A stretch of DNA of 38,475 nt from Gammaproteobacteria bacterium (GCA_029864225.1 JAOTTU010000002.1:1-38475), one strand, 5' to 3'. Positions 8,277 to 19,019 are shown, counted from the stretch's first letter. The notes: generated from the letters alone by a model not told the origin. Program-made: numbers and translations.

Positions 8277-11200
8277 TCACTCGATGTCTTCGGGTTCACT
8301 GGTAACGGTCTCTTTTGCCGGGCTATCAAGCGGGGTATAGACCGGGTCCGACCAGGGGCCGGTGACGGAGTAGCGGGTGCGGGCAAAACTCGTCATCCCC
8401 TCGATCTCTTTGCCCAGCAACTTGTCCGCAACCAGCAGCGCGGCGCCCACGGCCGGTCCGCCCGCAATGGCAGCGGCCAGGGGCAGGCTGGACCCGACCC
8501 GCGGGATTACGGTGACCAGTTCATCATAATCCTTTGCAGCCAGCCCCACGCGCCCTGCTATCTCGATTCGGGCGGAGGGGCCCTCGATGGTCAGGTCGCT
8601 GGTATGGGCATCCCCGCCGGTCAGTGCGAAGTTGCCCTCGATCCGGTCAAATGCGAAGCCCTTCTTGAACAAGTCGCTGAAGTCGAGCAGCAGCCTGCGC
8701 GACAAGGTATGCAGGCTGATCAGGCCGAGCACGCGCCCGGCCCCGGGTTCGACATCCAGCAATTGCCCGTCCTTGATCAGCAGGTAGAGTTTCCCGTTGG
8801 CGCGCTCCGGCAGGAAGTCCCAGGGGTCGCCGCGCCAGCTTGCATTGACCGACCCGGACACACTGCCCCCGGAAACGTTCTCTTTGTACTTGAAGGCCTT
8901 CAGCAGCGCGTCCAGCTTGCCATCGCTGAAGGTGATACCGAGCCGCGAAATGGCCTGCTCATCGACCATCCCCCAGTTGCCTGTCATGCGCATATCGAGC
9001 ATGTCGGATGCCAGCACCAGCCTTTCAATACGTACATCCCCGGCATCGCGGGTCGCCAGCAGGTCGACCTCACCCAGGTCGACACCGGCATAGCTGAACT
9101 CCTGTACCGTTACATGCAGGTTCGGAAACGCTGCGGGCGAGAGCGACAGGCCCCCGGCCGCAGCTGCCCCGGTGTCCCTCTCGACCACCAGCCGGTCGAG
9201 GTTCATGACGACGCGCTTGATCCCGGCACCCTCATAGGCAAGCTGCACCTCGCCGTCGACATCCGGGCCTGTCAGTGTAATATCCTGGACCAAACCGGTC
9301 TTTACCGCGTGGACCTTTACCCCGTGCAGGCGGTGGCCGGCAAACTGCAAATCATCGATCAGCACATCGGTTTCCAGCGGAGGACCGCCACCGGACTGCC
9401 AGCCGGCGAAAACCGGTTGCCAGCGTGACAGCGCAAACCGCTGCAAGCTGCCCGTGATTGACAGGACATTCGCATCCGGCAGGACCGCCCTCTCGGCACC
9501 GATCACGAGATTACCCCTGACCCACTTCTGGCCCTGATTGGCCGGCTGCAGCGCGAACACCCCGTTGGCGATATCCGCATAACGGAAGCGCACCATCCTG
9601 TCGGAGCCGGTAATGTTATCCATGCTGATGACTAACGGCCGTGCCTCCGCTGGTGTTTTTCCGAAGGGTTCAGGCAACTCGATGCCGACACCCTCGAGTG
9701 CGGAGGAGATCTTCAGTCCGACCCCGGGTGGATCACTGCGCTGCCGCAGCTGTCCGATTCGCAACAGCACCTCCCAGTCACAGCGACCCGAAAAAAAGGA
9801 TGCCAGCTGGATATTCTGTGTGCGCGCGAAATCCACCAGTGCAAGCGGGCCGCGCAGGCTGACATTGGTCACGGCGGTAGCGCTATCGGTCCAGACATCC
9901 ACGGCAACCGGCTTGTCGAACAGGCTGGCCTCGAGCGACTCGCCGCTGATACCGTGCATGTCAAAGGCCAGCTTGCCCTGGATATTATCCAGGCTGACAT
10001 CCGTCTCCTTCACCTTCAGGCTGTTGCCCTTGAGCAGGATTTCACCCCGGGCATCGATGGGCCGCTTGCCACGCAGCGGGATATTGATATCCAGTTTCAG
10101 TGCCGCATTCCCGCTGCTGCTGGTACGGTCAACGAAGCCGCCGTAGGTATGGCCCAGCGGGCTGCTGGCCAGTTCCGCCAGCATGACGGGCAGTGACCCG
10201 TATACAGTACCGTCAAGCTCGAGATCGGGCGCGGCCAGATCCTTTATCCGCACGTGTACCTCGCCCAGTGAGGCCGAACGGATTTTCCCCTGTTTGCCGT
10301 GGATATCCATAGAACGGCCGTTGAATGCGATCTCCGCATCGAGCTGCTCGATACGCGTCCAGGCCTGGTTGTAATCGAGTATGGCGTTGCTCACCGGCAG
10401 GCTGGCGGTCAGTTGCCCGCCGCCGTTGTCGAAGGGCACCCGATCGAGCGGCCCCTGCAAGACAATACTCCCGGCCCTGATCTCGCCACTGACCAGGCTG
10501 CGGTCCAGCCAGGCGACCGCTTTCGGTGACATGATGGAAGCTGGAAGATAATGCCTGACCGCCGCCAGGTCGCCGCGCTGCACGTCGATCTGCATATCGA
10601 TCACCGGGGAAGATCCGGCCGGCGGCAACTCCAGCCCGAGCGAGGCCGTGAAGGCCAGGTCGGCATTGCTGATATCCAGTGCATTACCTCTGATGATCAG
10701 ACGGTCATTGTCATAGTGCCAGGCAACCTCACCGGACAGGGCATCAAACCGCAGGGTATCGCGGAAGATCTCTTCATCCCGAAAGACGGCGTTTCTGCTT
10801 TGCAGCCAGAGCGCACCGGCATCCGAGGTCCCGGTGATGCTGCCCTGCAGGCCATGGATGGCCGGTCCGGTAGCGGTACTCCGGAAACCGAGGTCATCGA
10901 AACTCGCATCAAAGCCAAGCACGCGGATGACGTCACCGGCACTCTTGAAAATGACGGAAAGGTTCTGGACGGTGCCCTCGGCTGTAAAATTGGCAATCTG
11001 CTGCCAGCGTTTGTCTTCCAGGCCGGGTATGATCCGTAAAAAAGACTGCGCATCCTCCAGGTACAGGTGAGCGAATTCACCTGCAATGTAGCGCTCGCCG
11101 TCGACCGTGCGCCCGGCCAGCGAGTACAGTGATTCTTCCCGTTCCTCCGTACCCTGCTCGACACTGAGCCGCTGTACCGTGAACTGCCAGCCGGGTTTGC

Positions 11201-12104
11201 TGTCACGCCAGCCGAACACCCCGCTGTAACGGTCGACGGCATAATCCATTGGCGCATCCGCTGCCATGTGCTGCAGGCGCAGGTCACTGATGTCGATCTC
11301 GCCGCGGATAGCGCGCAAGTCGGCAAATTCGACATCAACCCAGCAGCGGACATCGGCGACACCCTGGAGAGCCACAGCGGAGATGATCGGGGCCAGGTTC
11401 TCGTTGGTCAGGGCCAGCGACTGTCCCTTCATGTACAGGCGCCCGCTCCACTTGCCGATAGCGCCCAGCGCACCCCTGAACACTCCCTGGACATCGACCC
11501 GGTAACCCAGGTGCTCGGGTAACATGGCATAACCGATCAGCACATGCCGGTCACCGGTATTTTCCAGGCGCACGGTGACGTCGGAGAAGCGCGCGGGCTT
11601 GCGCGTGTAGAGCCGGTCGTGGACGATAATCACCGAATCGTGAATGGAAAGGCGTTGCACTCCCAGCAGTCCTGCCAGCTCCGGACCGACGCCCCCCTTC
11701 CCCTTGAGCCTGTCGACGTAGATCTGCCCGTCCTCGTCCCGGATGAGCGTCAGGTCGGCGCCGATGATATCGATGCTATTCAGCTGCAGCGTCTGCTCAT
11801 AGGCGTATTTCCAGATATCGAGACCCAGCCAGATCTCGTCGACGGCAAGCCGTTTGCCCGGCTGCTCCGGATTCGAGATGACCACGTCCCTGAGCTTGAG
11901 TACCGGTCCCAGGCCGCGCCAGGTCGCATCCATGCGCCCGATACTGACCGGTTTGCCCAGGAGTTCGCTGGCCAGTCCCTCTACCTCACTGCGGTACTCG
12001 CCCAGCGTGGGGACCCACAGGCGCGCGGCCGTCAGCGTGATTGCGAGCAGCAGCAGCATGAAGACAAATGACAGCCAGAGGGCATTGAAGATACGGGCGA
12101 GCAT
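8277..12104 (-). CDS. yhdP: YhdP-family AsmA-like envelope protein (DUF3971)
   Basis: The protein is 1275 aa with a single N-terminal TM helix (LWLSFVFMLLLLAITLTAA) followed by a very long beta-rich region. It lies between rng and tldD, as yhdP does in E. coli. Confidence 0.85.
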   Translation of the reverse strand: MLARIFNALWLSFVFMLLLLAITLTAARLWVPTLGEYRSEVEGLASELLGKPVSIGRMDATWRGLGPVLKLRDVVISNPEQPGKRLAVDEIWLGLDIWKYAYEQTLQLNSIDIIGADLTLIRDEDGQIYVDRLKGKGGVGPELAGLLGVQRLSIHDSVIIVHDRLYTRKPARFSDVTVRLENTGDRHVLIGYAMLPEHLGYRVDVQGVFRGALGAIGKWSGRLYMKGQSLALTNENLAPIISAVALQGVADVRCWVDVEFADLRAIRGEIDISDLRLQHMAADAPMDYAVDRYSGVFGWRDSKPGWQFTVQRLSVEQGTEEREESLYSLAGRTVDGERYIAGEFAHLYLEDAQSFLRIIPGLEDKRWQQIANFTAEGTVQNLSVIFKSAGDVIRVLGFDASFDDLGFRSTATGPAIHGLQGSITGTSDAGALWLQSRNAVFRDEEIFRDTLRFDALSGEVAWHYDNDRLIIRGNALDISNADLAFTASLGLELPPAGSSPVIDMQIDVQRGDLAAVRHYLPASIMSPKAVAWLDRSLVSGEIRAGSIVLQGPLDRVPFDNGGGQLTASLPVSNAILDYNQAWTRIEQLDAEIAFNGRSMDIHGKQGKIRSASLGEVHVRIKDLAAPDLELDGTVYGSLPVMLAELASSPLGHTYGGFVDRTSSSGNAALKLDINIPLRGKRPIDARGEILLKGNSLKVKETDVSLDNIQGKLAFDMHGISGESLEASLFDKPVAVDVWTDSATAVTNVSLRGPLALVDFARTQNIQLASFFSGRCDWEVLLRIGQLRQRSDPPGVGLKISSALEGVGIELPEPFGKTPAEARPLVISMDNITGSDRMVRFRYADIANGVFALQPANQGQKWVRGNLVIGAERAVLPDANVLSITGSLQRFALSRWQPVFAGWQSGGGPPLETDVLIDDLQFAGHRLHGVKVHAVKTGLVQDITLTGPDVDGEVQLAYEGAGIKRVVMNLDRLVVERDTGAAAAGGLSLSPAAFPNLHVTVQEFSYAGVDLGEVDLLATRDAGDVRIERLVLASDMLDMRMTGNWGMVDEQAISRLGITFSDGKLDALLKAFKYKENVSGGSVSGSVNASWRGDPWDFLPERANGKLYLLIKDGQLLDVEPGAGRVLGLISLHTLSRRLLLDFSDLFKKGFAFDRIEGNFALTGGDAHTSDLTIEGPSARIEIAGRVGLAAKDYDELVTVIPRVGSSLPLAAAIAGGPAVGAALLVADKLLGKEIEGMTSFARTRYSVTGPWSDPVYTPLDSPAKETVTSEPEDIE

Positions 12105-12178
12105 GATTAAGGATAACGCTCAGCAACCGCCCGGGTTGACAGCCCGGGATAAGCGACTGGAATCCATTCCATCAGGGA

Positions 12179-13648
12179 CTACATGGGAACAACATCATAC
12201 TGTTCCTGTGTATAGAGGGCCTCCACCTGGTACTTGATCGGTTTTTCTATAAAGGCCTCCAGTTCTGCCAGGCTGTCTGACTCTTCGTCCAGCAGCAGGT
12301 CAACGACTTCCTGGGAGGCCAGCACCAGTAGTTGCTGTGCATCGAACTGGCGTGCCTCCCGCAGGATCTCGCGGAAGATTTCATAGCAGACGGTTTCCGG
12401 CGTTTTCAGCGACGCCCTGCCGCCACAGGTTGGACATTCCTCGCACAGGACATGTTCGAGGCTCTCGCGGATCCGCTTGCGCGTCATTTCCACCAGGCCG
12501 AGGCTGGAGACCTCGGTGATATGGGTCTTGGCATGGTCCTTGTCCAGACACTTCTCGAACGCGCGCAGCACCTGGCGCTTGTGCTCATCCTGCTGCATGT
12601 CGATAAAGTCGGCGATGATGATGCCGCCCAGGTTGCGCAGCCGCAGCTGGCGGGCAATGGCCTGTGCCGCCTCCAGGTTCGTCTTGAAGATGGTCTCCTC
12701 GAGATTGCGGTGTCCCACGTAACCCCCGGTATTGACATCAATCGTGGTCATGGCCTCCGTCTGGTCGATGACCAGGTGACCGCCGGACTTGAGTTGCACC
12801 TTGCGGTCAAGCGCTTTCTGGATCTCATCCTCGATGCCATAGATATCGAAAATGGGGCGTTCCCCCGTGTAGTATTCAAGTTTCACGTTCAGGTCAGGCA
12901 TGAACTTCTCGGCAAACTGCGCGAGGCGCTGGTGGCCCTCGCGCGAATCGATGCGGATTTCTTGTATCTGGTCATCCAGCAGGTCACGCATCACGCGGAT
13001 GCTGAGCGGCAGATCCTCGTAGACTACGGAACCGGGAGTCGCCACGGCCTCGCGTTCCTTGATTGACTCCCACAGCTTCCTCAGGAACATCATGTCGGCG
13101 CGCATAGCGTCGGAGCTGGCGCCCTCGGCCGCGGTGCGCGCGATGTAGCCACCGGCATCCTGTTCCGACATGAACAACTGGATGATATCGCGCAAGCGAA
13201 TACGCTCGTTCTCGTCCTCGATCTTCTGCGAGATACCGACGTTATTGACAGTGGGGATGAACACCAGGTAACGCGACGGGATGCTGATCTGCGTCGTCAG
13301 GCGCGCACCCTTGGTGCCCAGCGGGTCCTTGACCACCTGTACGGTCAGCTCCTGGCCTTCCTTGAGCAGTTCGTTGATGGTGCTGGTGAACGGCACAGCG
13401 GAGTCAGCGGTTTCCGGATTCCTGGGCGTGATATCCGAAGCATGCAGGAAGGCGGCACGCTCCAGCCCGATGTCTACAAACGCGGCCTGCATCCCCGGCA
13501 GGACACGGCATACCCGGCCCTTGTAGATGTTGCCGACCAGGCCGAGGCGCGCGGTACGCTCGATGAAGATCTCCTGCAGCACGCCATTCTCTACCAGCGC
13601 CACACGCGTCTCCCGGGGTGTTACGTTGATCAGTATCTCTTCACTCAT
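12179..13648 (-). CDS. rng: Ribonuclease G
   Basis: The N-terminus MSEEILINVTPRETRVALVENGVLQEIFIER carries an S1 domain (GNIYKGRVCRVLPGMQAAFVDIG). The length of 489 aa equals that of E. coli Rng. The start was taken at the internal ATG of the longer ORF. Confidence 0.93.
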   Translation of the reverse strand: MSEEILINVTPRETRVALVENGVLQEIFIERTARLGLVGNIYKGRVCRVLPGMQAAFVDIGLERAAFLHASDITPRNPETADSAVPFTSTINELLKEGQELTVQVVKDPLGTKGARLTTQISIPSRYLVFIPTVNNVGISQKIEDENERIRLRDIIQLFMSEQDAGGYIARTAAEGASSDAMRADMMFLRKLWESIKEREAVATPGSVVYEDLPLSIRVMRDLLDDQIQEIRIDSREGHQRLAQFAEKFMPDLNVKLEYYTGERPIFDIYGIEDEIQKALDRKVQLKSGGHLVIDQTEAMTTIDVNTGGYVGHRNLEETIFKTNLEAAQAIARQLRLRNLGGIIIADFIDMQQDEHKRQVLRAFEKCLDKDHAKTHITEVSSLGLVEMTRKRIRESLEHVLCEECPTCGGRASLKTPETVCYEIFREILREARQFDAQQLLVLASQEVVDLLLDEESDSLAELEAFIEKPIKYQVEALYTQEQYDVVPM

Positions 13649-13693
13649 TCCGTATACCTGAAGCTGTTGGTTCCACCAGACCTGCATATCACC

Positions 13694-14278
13694 TTACAGA
13701 ACATTGATGGCAAATTCCTGCAGTAATTCCGCCGTTTCATACAAGGGTAGCCCCATCACCCCTGAATAACTGCCTTCCAGGCGGGTGATGAACGTGGCGG
13801 CCAGCCCTTGGATGGCATAGCCGCCGGCCTTGTCCCGGGGCTCGCCCGTCGCCCAGTATGCCTCGCATTCTGCCGGGCTCAGCGTGCGGAATGTCACGGA
13901 ACTACAGTTTACCCGCACCGCCTCATGGTGACCGACCAGTGCCACGGCACTCTGGACCTGGTGGCTTCTGCCGGAGAGCCGCTGCAGCATTTCCAGGCCG
14001 TGAATCCGGTCCTGCGGTTTACCCATGATTTCGCCATCGATGACAACCGCGGTATCGGCACCCAGCACCGGCCGCGCAGGGCTCTTACCCAGAGATGCCC
14101 ACCCGGCCCGCGCCTTGTCCAGGGCAAGGCGGCGAACGTAAGCAGCGGCGGCCTCCCCGGGCCGATGTGCCTCGTCGATCTCGATGGGTAGCAGGGTGAA
14201 GCGGATGCCCAGTTGCGCCAGCAAATCTCGGCGCCGTGGCGAGGACGAGGCGAGAAATAGATCAGCGGACGAGTTCAT
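13694..14278 (-). CDS. maf: Maf-like nucleoside triphosphate pyrophosphatase (YhdE type)
   Basis: The [15 protein letters not shown] motif is present and the protein is 194 aa. It lies immediately upstream of rng, as in E. coli. Confidence 0.9.
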   Translation of the reverse strand: MNSSADLFLASSSPRRRDLLAQLGIRFTLLPIEIDEAHRPGEAAAAYVRRLALDKARAGWASLGKSPARPVLGADTAVVIDGEIMGKPQDRIHGLEMLQRLSGRSHQVQSAVALVGHHEAVRVNCSSVTFRTLSPAECEAYWATGEPRDKAGGYAIQGLAATFITRLEGSYSGVMGLPLYETAELLQEFAINVL

Positions 14279-14362
14279 ATGAACTCATATTAACAACAAC
14301 TCGTAACAGATTGAATAGATAGTTTATTTAGCAGTAATAACAACAGCAGTCGGTGGCGCCGC

Positions 14363-14833
14363 TCAGGCGCGGTGGTAGGGATGCCCACTGAGCAGGGTCC
14401 AGGCCCGGTAGACTTGTTCGGCAATCACTACCCGCACCAGCGCATGCGGCAAAGTGTGCGCAGACAGTGACCAGCACAGGTCCGCACGTGCCAGGCAGGC
14501 GTCCGCCAGGCCGTCAGCGCCGCCCACCAGCAGCGCGATAGCGCGTCCGCCCTGCATCCAGTCCTGCAACCGGAACGCCAGTTCCTGGGTGCTCCAGGGC
14601 TCGCCAGTGACGTCCAGGGCGACAACCAGCGTCTGCCCGGGAATGGCGGCCAGCAGCTGACGCCCCTCCTCCTCGCGGATACGCGCGATGGACAGTGTCT
14701 TCTTGCGCTTGCAGGGGGGGATCTCGACCAGCCGCAGGCTGCATTCATGCGGCAGGCGCCGGGCGTATTCCCGGTAGCCCTCGGTAACCCATGACGGCAT
14801 CCGGGTACCAACCGCAATCAGGTGAATATGCAT
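14363..14833 (-). CDS. rlmH: 23S rRNA (pseudouridine1915-N3)-methyltransferase RlmH
   Basis: The 156-aa protein has MHIHLIAVGTRMPSWVTEGYREYARRL and a C-terminal SPOUT motif (HALVRVVIAEQVYRAWTLLSGHPYH). It is part of the rsfS-rlmH pair. Confidence 0.93.
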   Translation of the reverse strand: MHIHLIAVGTRMPSWVTEGYREYARRLPHECSLRLVEIPPCKRKKTLSIARIREEEGRQLLAAIPGQTLVVALDVTGEPWSTQELAFRLQDWMQGGRAIALLVGGADGLADACLARADLCWSLSAHTLPHALVRVVIAEQVYRAWTLLSGHPYHRA

Positions 14834-14897
14834 CGGCGCTATTGCAGCCGGGGGCTGCGCCGTGCGTCAGTCGCCGTATTGAAGACTGGCACGCTGC

Positions 14898-15284
14898 TCA
14901 GTTCGCCTCCTCGATGCGGCCACCGACAGACCAGAGTTTCTCCAGCGCATAAAATTCCCTGACCGCGGGCAGCATTACATGAACCACCACGTCGCCGAGG
15001 TCGATCAGTATCCACTCGGCCGCCGCCGCTCCCTCCACGCCCAGTGCCGGATTGCCGGCCTGCTTGGCCTTCAGCGCCACGTTGTCCGCCAGCGCCTTCA
15101 CGTGACGTGTCGAGGTGCCGCTGACAACGACCATCCTGTCGGTGATCGAGGTCAGCTCGCTGACATCGATTACCTTGATATCGACACCCTTGAGATCCTC
15201 CAGCGCGCCCATGACCAGGGCCAGCAGCTCATCGCCCTGCCGCCCCGGGTGATCAGTTATTCGATTGTGCTTTTCAGTCTTCAC
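14898..15284 (-). CDS. rsfS: Ribosome silencing factor RsfS
   Basis: The sequence aligns with E. coli RsfS (DLKGVDIKVIDVSELTSITDRMVVVSGTSTRHV, GDVVVHVM, YALEKLWS). It starts 4 nt after the nadD stop codon. Confidence 0.9.
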   Translation of the reverse strand: MKTEKHNRITDHPGRQGDELLALVMGALEDLKGVDIKVIDVSELTSITDRMVVVSGTSTRHVKALADNVALKAKQAGNPALGVEGAAAAEWILIDLGDVVVHVMLPAVREFYALEKLWSVGGRIEEAN

Positions 15285-15287
15285 GGT

Positions 15288-15923
15288 TCATTGCCTGCCT
15301 TGGTAAAGGCCCTCGTGGTTGATGATCTCACGTACGTCTTCCGGCACCAGGAACCCCGCACTGCGTCCCTCAGCCAGGCGCATGCGGATATCGGTTGCGG
15401 AAATCTCCAGCTGGGTGACCGGCTGAAACAGCAGGTGACCGGCGGCCTGTTGGCGCAGCTCGCCGGCACCAGCCACCCGGTGCAGGCTGATGAAATCCGC
15501 CAGCTCGCCCTGCGCCGGAATTTCCGCACCCGGGCGCATCATGACGACCAGGTGACACAGGTCGATCAGCTCGCGCCAGCGGTGCCAGGTCGTCAGGCCG
15601 CGGAAGGCGTCCATACCGACCAGCAGGCAGAGCGTTTTCGCGCTCGCTTCGGCACGCAGCGAGCTCAGGGTATCGTAGCTGTAGGACGGGCCTTCCCGTC
15701 CAAGTTCGCGCTGGTCGACCACGAAAGCAGGATAATCCTGTACCGCTGCCTCGAGCATCTTCACCCGCTGTAGTGACGAGGCAACGGGTTGGTCCCGGTG
15801 CGGCGGAAGGTGACAGGGAATCAGGCGCACCTGTTCCAGCGCCAGCGCCTCGCAGACATCGAGCGCAGTGCGCAGGTGACCAAAATGGACCGGGTCGAAG
15901 GTCCCGCCAAGGATGCCTATCAT
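15288..15923 (-). CDS. nadD: Nicotinate-nucleotide adenylyltransferase
   Basis: The N-terminal nucleotidyltransferase motif MIGILGGTFDPVHFGH is present. The protein is 211 aa. Confidence 0.93.
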   Translation of the reverse strand: MIGILGGTFDPVHFGHLRTALDVCEALALEQVRLIPCHLPPHRDQPVASSLQRVKMLEAAVQDYPAFVVDQRELGREGPSYSYDTLSSLRAEASAKTLCLLVGMDAFRGLTTWHRWRELIDLCHLVVMMRPGAEIPAQGELADFISLHRVAGAGELRQQAAGHLLFQPVTQLEISATDIRMRLAEGRSAGFLVPEDVREIINHEGLYQGRQ

Positions 15924-16016
15924 GAAGGGATGAGAGGCGCCGCCAAGCCCCGGGGATGTAATACGAACTTAAGCAATGTGCGCGAGCAATTCCTAAGCGT
16001 TTGTTTGCTAAGTCTA

Positions 16017-16049
16017 GCGCAAAGACGCGAAGAACGCAGAGAAAAAATA
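16017..16049 (+). repeat. CGC-RRAG triplet repeat unit (degenerate, + orientation)
   Basis: GCGCAAAGACGCGAAGAACGCAGAGAAAAAATA has a tail nearly identical to 22585-22606 (GGAGAACGCAGAGAAAAAATAA). Confidence 0.7.
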
Positions 16050-16131
16050 CCGGATTGGCGCCACGGGCTAAAGCATTCAATGAATACCGGTGTAATGCAG
16101 CCTTTGTAATAAGCAGTGCTATTAGAATACA

Positions 16132-16151
16132 GGCTTTGCGGTGGAGATTTT
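16132..16151 (-). repeat. CGC-RRAG repeat unit remnant (- orientation) in the proA 3' flank
   Basis: GGCTTTGCGGTGGAGATTTT matches GCCTTTGCGGTGAAGATT at 22839-22856. On the minus strand the unit begins about 9 nt after the proA stop codon. Confidence 0.65.
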
Positions 16152-16154
16152 GGT

Positions 16155-17438
16155 TCAGGTACGGATATGGCCATCACCCAGGACGATGTACTTCAGGGTC
16201 GTCAGCCCTTCGAGGCCGACCGGGCCGCGGGCGTGCAACTTGTCGGTACTGATGCCGATCTCGGCGCCCAGCCCGTACTCGAAGCCGTCGGCGAAGCGGC
16301 TTGACGCATTCACCATGACCGAACTCGAATCGACCTCGCGCAGGAAGCGCTGCGCGCGCGCCAGCGACTCGGTAATGATGACATCCGTGTGATTGGATCC
16401 GTAGCGCGCGATATGGTCCATGGCCGCATCGATATCCTCCACGATGCGCACCGCCAGGATCGGCGCCAGGTATTCGGCCTCCCAGTCCGCCTCGGTGGCG
16501 GCCGTGATATCCGGCAGGATCCGGCGCGTGGCATCACAGCCGCGCAACTCGACACCGGCCGGCACGAACTGCTCTGCAAGTTTCGGCAGCACGGCGCTGG
16601 CGATCTCGGCCGAGACCAGCAGGGTCTCCATGGTGTTGCAGGTCCCGTAACGCTGGGTCTTGGCGTTCACCGCCACCCGTACCGCCTTGTCCAGGTCTGC
16701 CGTGCCGTCGATATAGGTATGGCAGATACCGTGCAAGTGCTTGATCACCGGCACCCGGGACTCCTTGCTGATGCGTTCGATCAGGCCCTTGCCTCCACGC
16801 GGAATGATGACATCCACCGAGTCCTCCATACGCACCAGTTCACCCACGGCGGCACGATCGGTCGTCTCGATCACCTGCACCACGTCGGCAGGCAGGCCGG
16901 CACTCGCCAGGCCCGCGTGGATACAGGCGGCAATCGCCTGGTTGGAATGGATGGCCTCGGACCCGCCCCTGAGAATCGCCGCGTTGCCCGCCTTGAGGCA
17001 GAGACTGGCGGCATCGGCGGTCACATTGGGGCGTGATTCATAGATGATGCCGATGACGCCCAGCGGCACCCGCATGCGGCCCACCTGGATGCCCGAGGGC
17101 CGGTAGTTCATATCCGAGATACTCCCGACCGGATCCGGCAGGGCCGCGACCTGGCGCAGACCATCAGCCATGGCCGCAATCCGTTCGTCGTTCAGCTCCA
17201 GGCGGTCAAGCAGGGCGGCATCCAGACCCTGCTCGCGTCCGCCGGCGAGGTCGGTTGCGTTCTCCTTTCCGAGGTGGTCAGCTGCGTCCTCGATGGCGCT
17301 GGCTATCGCCGTCAGCGCGGCATTCTTGCTGCCCGTATCGGCGCGCCCGATGTGTCGCGCCGCGGTGCGCGCACGCCGGCCCACCTCCTGCATGTAGGCA
17401 GGCAAGTCCAGGTTCATGGATTCCGCTTTTGCACTCAT
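16155..17438 (-). CDS. proA: Glutamate-5-semialdehyde dehydrogenase (gamma-glutamyl phosphate reductase)
   Basis: The protein is ProA-like throughout ([34 protein letters not shown]). An alternative start at 17417 (MNLDL) is possible. Confidence 0.92.
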   Translation of the reverse strand: MSAKAESMNLDLPAYMQEVGRRARTAARHIGRADTGSKNAALTAIASAIEDAADHLGKENATDLAGGREQGLDAALLDRLELNDERIAAMADGLRQVAALPDPVGSISDMNYRPSGIQVGRMRVPLGVIGIIYESRPNVTADAASLCLKAGNAAILRGGSEAIHSNQAIAACIHAGLASAGLPADVVQVIETTDRAAVGELVRMEDSVDVIIPRGGKGLIERISKESRVPVIKHLHGICHTYIDGTADLDKAVRVAVNAKTQRYGTCNTMETLLVSAEIASAVLPKLAEQFVPAGVELRGCDATRRILPDITAATEADWEAEYLAPILAVRIVEDIDAAMDHIARYGSNHTDVIITESLARAQRFLREVDSSSVMVNASSRFADGFEYGLGAEIGISTDKLHARGPVGLEGLTTLKYIVLGDGHIRT

Positions 17439-17452
17439 TGCTACAGACTCAT

Positions 17453-18493
17453 TCAGGCCGGTTGTTGAAACAGCGTTGCCGGAAAGACCCTTACGCCCGC
17501 CAGCAGCAGGGCCAATTGTAACAGTTCATCCCACGGGTTTCCCGCGGCCCGGCCCTTGATGATCCGATCAACCAGGGCGCATCTGCGCAGCAGGTCCCTG
17601 CAGACCGCGCCGGACAGCCGGCCCAGCGCCTGGCCAATGACCGGCTTGCGCGCCTGCCAGACACGAAACCTGGCCAGCACTTTGGGAATGGCCTCGCCGC
17701 CGGCGACGGCGTCGGCCATCGTGGTCAATTGACGTAATTCCCGGGTCAAGGCCCACAAAACTACGGGCGCTGCAACGCCCTCTCCCTGCAGACCGCGGAG
17801 GATACGTGTACTACGCACACCATCACCGCTCAGTACCGCATCAACCAGGCTGAACACATCGAAGCGCGCACTGTCGGCCACCATGGCGGTGACCGCGGCT
17901 GCGTCGACCGGGCCCTCGCCCTGCAGCAGGTAGAGCTTGTCGATTTCCTGTACACAGGCCAGCAGGTTGCCCTCTACCCGTTCGGTCAACAGCGCCACCG
18001 CCTCTGCCGTGGGATCCAGCCCGCGCTGGCGCATGCGTGCCCGCACCCAGGCAGGAAACTGCTGCGCATCCAGAGGCCACACGAACACCACTACCCCTGC
18101 CTGGTCCAGTGCCTGGACCCACTTGCTCCGGCGCGCGGACGGCTCCAGTTTGCCGGCCGTGATCAGCAGGATGGTTTCCTCCGGAGGCTGTTCCGCGTAG
18201 GCGCGCAGGGCCTTCGAACCGGCATCGCCTGGCTTCCCGCCGGGCAGGCGCAGATCAATTACACGCCGTTGCGAAAACAGCGACAGGCTGCCGGCAGCCG
18301 TTTCCAGGGCACTCCAGTCAAAGCCCGGCTGTACGCTCAACACCTCCCGTTCGTCGTAGCCCTGCTTGCGCGCCTGCGCCCGCACCGCGTCAGCCGCCTC
18401 CATGACCCGCAGGGGTTCGTCGCCGCTGATGAAGTAAACCGGTGCGAGCGGACCCCGCAGCCGCGAGGCGAGCTGTTCGGGGTTAATCTGCAC
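17453..18493 (-). CDS. holA: DNA polymerase III subunit delta
   Basis: The 346-aa protein begins [28 protein letters not shown]. It follows the lptE-holA order and overlaps the lptE stop by 11 nt. Confidence 0.9.
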   Translation of the reverse strand: MQINPEQLASRLRGPLAPVYFISGDEPLRVMEAADAVRAQARKQGYDEREVLSVQPGFDWSALETAAGSLSLFSQRRVIDLRLPGGKPGDAGSKALRAYAEQPPEETILLITAGKLEPSARRSKWVQALDQAGVVVFVWPLDAQQFPAWVRARMRQRGLDPTAEAVALLTERVEGNLLACVQEIDKLYLLQGEGPVDAAAVTAMVADSARFDVFSLVDAVLSGDGVRSTRILRGLQGEGVAAPVVLWALTRELRQLTTMADAVAGGEAIPKVLARFRVWQARKPVIGQALGRLSGAVCRDLLRRCALVDRIIKGRAAGNPWDELLQLALLLAGVRVFPATLFQQPA

Positions 18494-19019
18494 GCCGGCC
18501 GCCTGCTGCCGCGATCCGCAGCATGGCCAGGTTGACCAGGCTGCGTTGCAGTTCCTTGCGGATCAGTTCGCCTTCGCGTTCCGTCCCGAGTACATCGGAA
18601 CGGATATAGTGCAGGAAGCGGTTCATCGACAGGGTCTGCTCGACCACCACCACCTGGCGGTCTGCAGTGATGACATCGAAGCGGATCGTCTGGCGGATCT
18701 CGTACTCCTCGGCCTTGCCGGCGGAATCCACTGTGAGCACGTCGGTGCTGGTCCGGTTCTCGAGGATCCGCAGTATCGCAGTGGCCGCGTCACGCTCCCC
18801 CGTCACCTGCGCACCGCGCCCTTCCAGGGCGTCGCGGAATTCGTTGTTCAGTGGATCAAAGGTACTTTTACCCTGGATGTAGGTAATGGCCATTTGTGCG
18901 GGCAGCGGTGTTGCACCGCGCAGCTGGAACCCGCAGCCGCTGGACAGCAGCAGGGCCGCGGCGACCAGCGCCAGCGCGAGGCCATTAACGGACCAGGACA
19001 GGGTCCTGTTGCCGTTCAT
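18483..19019 (-). CDS. lptE: LPS-assembly lipoprotein LptE
   Basis: A signal peptide with a lipobox is present (LLLSSGC GFQLRG). The ATG at 19019 lies 1 nt after the leuS TGA. It sits between leuS and holA. Confidence 0.85.
   Translation of the reverse strand: MNGNRTLSWSVNGLALALVAAALLLSSGCGFQLRGATPLPAQMAITYIQGKSTFDPLNNEFRDALEGRGAQVTGERDAATAILRILENRTSTDVLTVDSAGKAEEYEIRQTIRFDVITADRQVVVVEQTLSMNRFLHYIRSDVLGTEREGELIRKELQRSLVNLAMLRIAAAGGRRAD

Noticed and set aside
12105-12178. A CCCGGG-ttgacag-CCCGGG hairpin between rng and yhdP, considered as a terminator.
   Set aside because: The stem is short and has no U-tract on the relevant strand. The rng-yhdP pair is probably co-transcribed. There is not enough evidence to call a feature.
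15370-16080. A 236-aa ORF on the minus strand in an alternative frame over nadD, extending into the spacer.
   Set aside because: It overlaps the nadD frame, which carries the GGTFDPVHFGH motif. Its translation is Arg/Pro/Gly/Ala-rich and has no motifs.
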